Shown: piece after piece, positions 39,001 through 45,260 of the stretch | How the letters are laid out: each line of letters opens with the position of its first letter | Position numbering within the stretch: position 1 is the first letter of the stretch | Source: a virus | Taxonomy: Duplodnaviria; Caudoviricetes | IMG/VR virus record: IMGVR_UViG_3300009149_008416 | Span: 1 to 55,095 of that record | Length of the DNA: 55,095 nt | Strand: one strand, 5' to 3' | Translations under genes and position numbers: made by a program | The notes under the pieces: model-generated | Databases searched by the model: none | What the model saw: only the letters and a program-made list of their open reading frames with translations | Told to the model about the DNA's origin: nothing

Positions 39001-40606
39001 AGTTGATTTTACAGATGATAATGGTGAAGAAGACGAAGTAGAATTTGAATTTGAAATAAATGATGGCGGGGATGATGACGATGATGACGACGGTGGAGAT
39101 GATGACGGTGGAGATGATGACGATGACGGTGGAGATGATGACGATGACGATGACGGTGACGGTGGGGATGATGAAGCATTTGGTGGAAAAATTCCTGGAG
39201 TACCAGATGGTACGGGGCCAGGAAAAGATTCTAAAAAATGTCCTTTTAACAAAGATAAAAAGAGTAATGAAGATAATGATGATGAAGATAATGATGAAGA
39301 TGATGATGAAGAAGAAGATGATGAAAAAACTTCAATAGAATCCGAAGCTGGAACTCTTCCTCCTGCGTTAAAAGAATATAACGAAAAGAAGAAAAATAAT
39401 GGAAAGAAAAAGGAAGATGCTGACGATACTGAAGATCCTGACGATACTGAAGATGAAGAAAAAGACGAAGATGATAAAGGAAAAAAATCGGCAAGTTCAA
39501 ATAATAGTATAAATGATTCAAAGGAAGGTAAAGTTATGGATCTGGATAAAATATCAAAAGAAATGAGCGTAAAGAAAATCAAAAGATATTCTGAAGGTGA
39601 TGTTCTTACGACCGCTGATACTATGCAGATCAATGACCTTTTAGGAGATAGAAAAATTAGTGATCAAGCTGCGGAAAAGGAAGTCGAAAGAGTAACTTCT
39701 CAAGACACTAAAGACGTAGATAAATATCAAGATGGTAAAACTATGGGCGCAGAAGAAAAATTCGATGCAAAAGATCCAGATGTCCCTGAAAGGGGAAGCG
39801 GCAGCACAATGGGAGAAGGAGAAGAGATGCCCGAAGGTAAAGCTAAAATTCCTGCTGGTGAAGGTGCCATGAGGAAAGAAGATGAAATCGTAGATACAGA
39901 TGTTAGTACAGAAGCGGATGGCAGAGTAGCGTCATCCAAATCAAAGAAAGTAACTGCCGGAGAAAAGAAAGTAGAAGATCCTAAACCTGTTGATCAAAGT
40001 AAGGATCTCAAAAATCAGAAATTAAAAGATACTATGGAAATGGGTGCAGAAAGAGAAACAGGATTGACTCCTGACACGCTTGAGGAGCCAGATGTACCAA
40101 CAGACAATCAATTAATGGGTCCAGATGAATCAAAAGATATGCAGAAACCATCAGTCCCTGCTGGAGACGGCGGAATGGGACATGAGGACGAAACAGTAGG
40201 AACAGATGTGTCAGTCGAAACCAAGGGAACTGTCCTTGCGGAGATGGAAGCAAAATTAAAAGAAGCAGAAGTTAAAGCACAACGTATGAAACTGGCTACA
40301 AATTTAGCCGCATTGGAACTAATGGACGGAGAAATAACTCAAGATGAATTCGATACATCAGTGTCGAAATTAGCAACAAGTAGTGTACAAACATTGAAGA
40401 TGCTGATTGAAAGATATCAGAATAGAAGAGCAAAAAAGATAGAACATAATAAAATAGCAAGAAAAGAAGAAACAGTTAGAGATGCTAAATTGGTTGGCTT
40501 GGAAACTCCTCTTATCATAGAAAAACAAGCTGGAAATCTTAAAGATCAAATTATGGGACTGTTCTCGTTAGAACAGACAATCCGTAACTTTGAGGAAAAC
40601 AAGTAA
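36017..40606 (+). CDS. Giant acidic scaffold/inner-core-like protein with ITEKQL repeats, zinc ribbons and poly-Asp tract
   Basis: AAGGAG before ATG 36017; lies between protease and decoration/capsid genes; highly D/E-rich; helical C-terminus. Confidence 0.65.
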   Translation: MLGTQDKKRSALKNKLSKLFNSNPEISYNMSVRSGLFRVAVTEEEVTGFLDDKPIKSIKIEDLDEEIREALENNPEEAGELIMEEFINAHKEGKLAMSDKIKKEARAGDNNYEDQLSGTTERQLKDAGPLYDREEEERKDITEKQLGDKSYDEYEKTARVDEEQKSITEKQIEQGKNPNPDTSPREDDERDSITQKQLDKGKVSTRRDDEKTDITEKQLEADFRNDEIKGITEKQLAGDEQDHDKVLVRRLANKDEAIAFAKKVAKATAKTIKTKELEKENTLALLKASVKNFTAQKNLATKLAQMMDEPLPPEDLDMESPEDVGGEILSDEEIGGSYESDLIVNVLKSLVENPKFATLVDEAMAEEEAEEETIPEDDVLMDEALGDMNEMPAEEAPPLPEAGPIASSEENVVEASIEKDNEDNDGLIAVEGSLEELKKASEQEDLEKTAFEFSRKVAGDEISENMDNLLLEIDEENGVFRTIFINSEIADMDSDEVKELMAKREKKRVQKIAESLRSLEVKAQAMPAGGGIPNLAPGGEPGGGGTTMPPGPADMGLETPPVESFDSGMEEGEAEDISGDNEPSPPGTRCPVCGSDDVDVENGVWECNNCESNGDISISMNTKRWTGTLEDNKGTGLEEEEGLGTELGEEETAMPMAASIYNINKGLVKEAINSGKGYINVGEYCPNCGSDNTEVDHVGNGKCFSCSQLYISKIAHKDGEFKGLTIWQPIPVKPECPDCKAKELGEKIAKKYIPDFVKTAGSEKFPYIECVNKIGKRYGLNAVALSGDCAGKPLVDCICKKMKSAGRYSQSLMIALASRLTEKDPMEECIEDQMRDASKKITIKEACATCEKLRNEALANMPEQEELEFVASQPINKTAGIIPGIPDGTGPRGGTENCPFSDDNSDTFGLSYDIDNFEDDMVTLSPEDELLDQIRQLLEVMRDFVGSKTDGMALDEDDDTSVDIVEDTDLIIDDDDDKVDFTDDNGEGEGEDDDKVDFTDDNGEEDEVEFEFEINDGGDDDDDDDGGDDDGGDDDDDGGDDDDDDDGDGGDDEAFGGKIPGVPDGTGPGKDSKKCPFNKDKKSNEDNDDEDNDEDDDEEEDDEKTSIESEAGTLPPALKEYNEKKKNNGKKKEDADDTEDPDDTEDEEKDEDDKGKKSASSNNSINDSKEGKVMDLDKISKEMSVKKIKRYSEGDVLTTADTMQINDLLGDRKISDQAAEKEVERVTSQDTKDVDKYQDGKTMGAEEKFDAKDPDVPERGSGSTMGEGEEMPEGKAKIPAGEGAMRKEDEIVDTDVSTEADGRVASSKSKKVTAGEKKVEDPKPVDQSKDLKNQKLKDTMEMGAERETGLTPDTLEEPDVPTDNQLMGPDESKDMQKPSVPAGDGGMGHEDETVGTDVSVETKGTVLAEMEAKLKEAEVKAQRMKLATNLAALELMDGEITQDEFDTSVSKLATSSVQTLKMLIERYQNRRAKKIEHNKIARKEETVRDAKLVGLETPLIIEKQAGNLKDQIMGLFSLEQTIRNFEENK

Positions 40607-40636
40607 TACAGGAAATAATCATAAGGAGAAAGTAAA

Positions 40637-41167
40637 ATGGCTTTAATTCCTCGTTATCACGTAGTAGCAGACAGTCTAGCAGTAGACGCTGATGCTGAAA
40701 TAATCATGGGTTCGTTTGTCAAGTTAAACACCGATGGTGAAGTAGTACAAGCAACCGGCGCAGCTTCAGAATATGCATTTGGCGTAGCTGGTGATACTAA
40801 AAGTGCAGATACTTCTGGTATGCCAAGCACAAATGATGCTGTTATGGGCGCATCCGGTACTTCCCAAGCTTTCGTTAATAGGGCCTCAGATGGTCTTACT
40901 GATGAAACTAAGGCTTCCGCAAAAATGACTGTTTATCACAGTGGCGGAAAATTTGCTACAGATCAATATGACACAGACGGCACATATGTCCCTGGCGCAG
41001 CTTTGTATGTTGGCGCATCTGGCAAACTCCAGACCTCAGATGCAGGTTCTGGGCAGATCGCTGCTCGTACAATAAGCGAAGGTGCATATCCTTCTGGCGT
41101 ACCAGGTGTTGATGTTGACGGCGACATTACCCTTGGAGACTATCTTACGTTTAAGATGGTTATTTAA
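40637..41167 (+). CDS. Capsid decoration/cement protein
   Basis: AAGGAG RBS; immediately upstream of the capsid gene; Gly/Ala-rich with GVAGD...ASAKMTVYHSGGKFATDQY...GAALYV. Confidence 0.7.
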   Translation: MALIPRYHVVADSLAVDADAEIIMGSFVKLNTDGEVVQATGAASEYAFGVAGDTKSADTSGMPSTNDAVMGASGTSQAFVNRASDGLTDETKASAKMTVYHSGGKFATDQYDTDGTYVPGAALYVGASGKLQTSDAGSGQIAARTISEGAYPSGVPGVDVDGDITLGDYLTFKMVI

Positions 41168-41230
41168 TTATAGATATTTAATTGGAACTGTTATAGAATG
41201 GTTCTGATAAGAATAAAGGAGAAATAAAAA

Positions 41231-42100
41231 ATGGCTCTTACAAAAACAGGTCTAACAGACGAAGAAAAATAGCAAGTAGTTGCGCAGGCTCTAGAAACCG
41301 AAGAAGGCCGTATGGCCCTAGCTCAGGCGATGGTTGAACCAATTCGCAGAGCGCTTGAATATCAAGCTGTCGGAAGAAAGTGTCTTATGGTTGACGAACT
41401 TCCACAGGGTGCATTGGCAAGATACGAACGTGACGTTACCGCAAAGGCATACGTTCTGTCTCGTAGAGGCGCTGTACCAGATGCAATTACAGAAGGCGAA
41501 GAGGTACTTGTACCTACATTCGAAATCGCAACTAACCCTCAAATTCGTTTGAGTGAAATCAAAGCACGTAGATTTTATATCGTTGACCGTGCTCAAATCA
41601 AGGCTAAAGAAGCAATCCAAAAGGAAGAAGATAGCAATATCTTTACCGCCGCTTTTGCAGCCGTTCCAACCGCTCATAGCGTTCTCGCTTCAGGCGGTGC
41701 TCTGACAATTACTGCTCTTAACCAGGCTTTTGCTGCAATCGAAGAGCACGATCTTACTGTTGCCAAGATCATCATGCATGCACAGCGTTATGCAGATGTC
41801 CGTAACTTTGGTAAGAACGTCTTTGATGAAGCAACAACCAGAGAAGTATTGGTCTCAGGTCTGTTTGGGCATCTTTGGACTGCTGACATTCATGTTAGCT
41901 CAAGAATGCCTACGAACAAGGCTCTCTTGTTCGCTCCAGCAGACAACGTTGGCGCATTCCCAATTAGACAGGACATCACTGTTCTGCCTGCTGACGATCC
42001 TAAAAAGCTTCGTCTGGGTTGGGTTATATATGAAGAGGTCGGAATTGTAATTATTAACGATTATGCCTTGGCTGAAGTCGAAGTTGGTTCAAGCTCATAA
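41231..42100 (+). CDS. Major capsid protein (HK97-like); in-frame TAG at 41270-41272
   Basis: AAGGAG + ATG 41231 gives MALTKTGLTDEEK*QVVAQALETEEGRMALAQAMVEPIRRALEYQAVGRK...VPTFEIATNP...LGWVIYEEVG. Codon usage looks like a highly expressed gene, and a terminator follows. Confidence 0.85.
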
Positions 42101-42141
42101 ATCTATAACTAACTAAGTATAAGCTAATAATAACAAATAAC

Positions 42142-42182
42142 AGAAAAGACCGGGTAAGAAATTGCTCGGTCTTTTCTTTTTT
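42142..42182 (+). terminator. Intrinsic terminator after the major capsid gene
   Basis: AGAAAAGACCGGGTAA-GAAA-TTGCTCGGTCTTTTCT followed by a T run. Confidence 0.85.
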
Positions 42183-42245
42183 GTAAAAAGGATATTTGTC
42201 AATCTGTATGTAGAATAACTCCACACAGATTGACAGGAGATAAAT

Positions 42246-42362
42246 ATGAAAAATGCTTTAAAATCAATAACTGGTAGAAAAATGAGAAAAGATTCTTTTG
42301 AATTTAATCATGATTCGGATAAAAACGATAGATTAGAGCCTATGGTTGTTCTTCATAAATAA
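42246..42362 (+). CDS. 38-aa small ORF (not in ORF track)
   Basis: AGGAG RBS; MKNALKSITGRKMRKDSFEFNHDSDKNDRLEPMVVLHK. Confidence 0.4.
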   Translation: MKNALKSITGRKMRKDSFEFNHDSDKNDRLEPMVVLHK

Positions 42363-42430
42363 CCAGTTATCATCCTGTTTTTTGTTAATAAATATTTAAG
42401 GGAGATTGAGGACAGTTATCGTAACAGCAC

Positions 42431-42814
42431 CTATGTTTTCTTTAATAACTCTTCAATGGTCGCTGTGGGTTCCATAACAATCTCTCCGTCTTTCTCTACT
42501 GGTCTGAAATCATTATGATCTTCGGGTGAGTAATTTTCTTTCTTTATTTGACATTCTAAAACTCTATCCATTTCTAAACTATGATCATAATTTCTAAACT
42601 GTGGGTGTATTTCTGACTTATTATTTAAACCACCGTCATTTATTATTGAAGAAATTATGTCACCGGATTTAGCCAATTGTTTTAAAGCTTTATTGTATTC
42701 AGCTTCCTGTATTTTAGCTATGGCAGCATTTCTTGCATCATTTTTAGTTGAATCAATATCAGTCTGCTCCAAAAAAGCTTTCATCATTGGGGAAATTGTT
42801 GTATTATTTTTCAT
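42431..42814 (-). CDS. Hypothetical protein
   Basis: 127 aa ORF with normal composition. Confidence 0.7.
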   Translation of the reverse strand: MKNNTTISPMMKAFLEQTDIDSTKNDARNAAIAKIQEAEYNKALKQLAKSGDIISSIINDGGLNNKSEIHPQFRNYDHSLEMDRVLECQIKKENYSPEDHNDFRPVEKDGEIVMEPTATIEELLKKT

Positions 42815-42821
42815 AAATGTA

Positions 42822-42920
42822 GATCCTCAATATTATATATCGGTCTACACATAACTAGACCGATCCTCAATATTGTACATCAGTCTACACATAACTAGAC
42901 CGATCCGCAGTACTATATAT
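42822..42920. repeat. 40-bp tandem repeat (about 2.5 copies) with internal hairpin
   Basis: GATCCTCAATATTATATATCGGTCTACACATAACTAGACC at 42822, near-identical copy at 42862, partial copy at 42902. Confidence 0.9.
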
Positions 42921-43011
42921 ATAATAGACCTGGTTCTATACATATAGTACTATTAACACTGTACTTTATTAATATTTAAAAGAAAAAAGAAAAATAAAAG
43001 AAAAAAGAAAG

Positions 43012-43443
43012 TTAAAATTGCATTTTACCTGACTTCATACCCTTTTTTATCCCGTATTCTTCTTTTATCTTCTTTTTCTCTTCAGAAGTCATTTTTTCTC
43101 CTTCTGCTTTCATCTTTTGAAAAATATCCTGGGATTTAGCCATCTCTTGTTCTGCTTTCCAATCAGATAAACCTTTGTTTTCTTCCTGTCCTCTTTCTTT
43201 TCTGAAACTATCACGGTAATCTTTATTACCTTTCATTCTTTTCACAAGATCTTGATGACGACCAGAATACCCATGTGTACTAAATTTTTCAGTTCCTCCT
43301 ATTACGTGAAAATTTATAGAACTAAAAAGTTTTTTTATATTAGAACTACCACAGAGGTTACAATTATTTTGTTTTTCATTCATTCCATGTTGCACTTCAA
43401 ATATAGAGTCACATTCTTTGCATTTATAGTCATAGATTGGCAT
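43012..43443 (-). CDS. FmdB-family zinc-ribbon protein
   Basis: AAGGAG before ATG 43443; MPIYDYKCKECDSIFEV...CNLCGSSNIKKLFS. Confidence 0.85.
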   Translation of the reverse strand: MPIYDYKCKECDSIFEVQHGMNEKQNNCNLCGSSNIKKLFSSINFHVIGGTEKFSTHGYSGRHQDLVKRMKGNKDYRDSFRKERGQEENKGLSDWKAEQEMAKSQDIFQKMKAEGEKMTSEEKKKIKEEYGIKKGMKSGKMQF

Positions 43444-43627
43444 TTCACTCTCCTTTGTTTTTACACTTTTTAAAATCATATTCAAAAATTTGTTATCAAT
43501 CGATCTTTTCATGTATAATGATGCAACGATACGATCTAAGATAACTCACCTATTTAATTCATATCTTTTTAAGTATTTTCCTTTTTTTTTGCATCGTACA
43601 TTAAATATATGAAATTGGAGTTATTAT

Positions 43628-45259
43628 ATGATACGTTCTAAAAAAATAATTGAATTAAAAAATATTGAAGAAGCAGTTCTTAAAAGTGCTTCCAATTACG
43701 GAAGGATTATTCCGGAAATTAGATTTTTTATGCTTGATGCCAACGAATTTATATCTCTTCTTGAAAAAAATGTTTATCCAACAAGTCCAATGAATGTATG
43801 GGAAGGAAAAAATGTTATTAAAAGACGTTTTATGAGTGATATTGGTAGAGAAACAGGACTTTATTATGAAGTCGTTCAATGTGGTAATCCTTCATATGCT
43901 TATCTTAATGAAAATAATTCATTTACTACTCAGGCATCTGTGATGTCCCATGTTATAGGTCATTGTGAATTTTCTGAATTAAATATTATGAAGAATTCTA
44001 ATCTATACAGAACAGAGTATGTTATGTATTTAACCAAAAAAATAGAAAATTCAGTTAAAAATATGGGTTTCAATAATTACACAAAATATTGGAATGCATG
44101 TGAGTCTATTATTCCGCTTGTTAATCCAAATTCTCAATATAATTTAGATAATTCTATAGAAACTGAATTTTCTGAAGTTAAACAATCATCTCTTGAAGAA
44201 GAAAAGCAAGAAAGACAAATGTTCAAGGGATATTCTTCTACATTAGATTCTATATTAAGTCCTCTTAATTCAAATGAAATATATAAAGAAGATCAAGATA
44301 ATAAAAATAAAAGAGAAACAATAAGCCGACATGGATATAAATTGAAGGCTCCTTGTCAGGATGTTCTTGGTTTTCTTAAACGTTTTGCTCCTGCCAGTGA
44401 AAATGAAACAAATATTATGGAATATATGTATTTTGTGGCTAGACATCATGATTTTGTAGTAAAAACACAAATTATGAATGAGGGTTGGGCAATGTATTGG
44501 GAAAAGAAAATTATGATGGATCTCTTTTCTGAAAAAATAGTTCCTGATGTTATTGATTATTGCAGAATTTTTTCTGCTGTTTGTAAACCTAGACCATTTT
44601 TTGTTAGAAATCCATATCATGTTGGATATTATATGTGGAATCATATTGAAGATCTATATAGAAAAGGAAAAATTTCTCTTAATTTTTCTGAAGAAAAAGA
44701 AAGACTAAAAAAAGATGAATGGAATAATGGCGGAACAGATAACCCAATAGAAAAAATGGATCATTTAGTTAAAACTATTACTGATTATGAATTTTTAAGA
44801 AGATTTTTAGATAAGGAGCTTATAGATAAATTATATTTGAATAGAATAACTACAGATGAAGCTTTTACTTATGGATTTCTTTCACCAGAAAATCATGACA
44901 AAATAGTTAAAACAGACAAAAAATATGTATATCTTTCTCAAGATTGGGTTAAGAAACAAATGCTTAATTTTTTTGTAGATTTTTATAGACCTTTAGTATA
45001 TATTATTGATACTAATTTTTTAGATGGAGGTTTACTTCTTTTTCATAGACATAAAGGAAGAGATTTAAAAGAAAGTTGGATTCCTCCGACTTTAGGAAAT
45101 ATTAATACAATTTGGAAAGCACCAGTACATTTAATTACTGGCAAATATATATATAAAGTTTCTGGAAAGGAAGCTATAAGAAAAGAAATAGCACCAGTTG
45201 ATTTTAATGTTATTAAAGAGAGAATGTTTGAAAATAAAAAACCATTCAAGGCGGAATAA
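43628..45259 (+). CDS. spoVR: SpoVR/YcgB family protein
   Basis: YEVVQCGNPSYAYLNENN, SHVIGHCEF, QDVLGFL, KTQIMNEGWAMYW, NPYHVGY, DYEFLRRFL, LLLFHRHKGRDL. Confidence 0.9.
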   Translation: MIRSKKIIELKNIEEAVLKSASNYGRIIPEIRFFMLDANEFISLLEKNVYPTSPMNVWEGKNVIKRRFMSDIGRETGLYYEVVQCGNPSYAYLNENNSFTTQASVMSHVIGHCEFSELNIMKNSNLYRTEYVMYLTKKIENSVKNMGFNNYTKYWNACESIIPLVNPNSQYNLDNSIETEFSEVKQSSLEEEKQERQMFKGYSSTLDSILSPLNSNEIYKEDQDNKNKRETISRHGYKLKAPCQDVLGFLKRFAPASENETNIMEYMYFVARHHDFVVKTQIMNEGWAMYWEKKIMMDLFSEKIVPDVIDYCRIFSAVCKPRPFFVRNPYHVGYYMWNHIEDLYRKGKISLNFSEEKERLKKDEWNNGGTDNPIEKMDHLVKTITDYEFLRRFLDKELIDKLYLNRITTDEAFTYGFLSPENHDKIVKTDKKYVYLSQDWVKKQMLNFFVDFYRPLVYIIDTNFLDGGLLLFHRHKGRDLKESWIPPTLGNINTIWKAPVHLITGKYIYKVSGKEAIRKEIAPVDFNVIKERMFENKKPFKAE

Positions 45260-45260
45260 A

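Noticed and set aside
38942-39030. Direct repeat GACAAAGTTGATTTTACAGATGATAATGGTGAAG x2
   Set aside because: In-frame coding duplication (DKVDFTDDNGE), not a mobile or regulatory element.
38821-39633. 270-aa Ser-rich minus-strand ORF and Met/His-rich alternate-frame ORFs
   Set aside because: Shadows of the GAT/GAC/GAA-rich acidic tract of the 36017 gene.
41270-41278. TAG-CAA-GTA as a TMV-like readthrough signal
   Set aside because: The UAG-CAR-YYA rule is eukaryotic and the match is imperfect; it is not evidence in a bacteriophage.
42822-42920. CRISPR array
   Set aside because: Units are contiguous near-identical 40-mers with no unique spacers, and no cas genes are in the window.
43444-43627. 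tRNA/ncRNA or sigma-54 promoter upstream of spoVR
   Set aside because: No cloverleaf or T-loop motif; the TTGC at about 43589 lacks the GG at -24.
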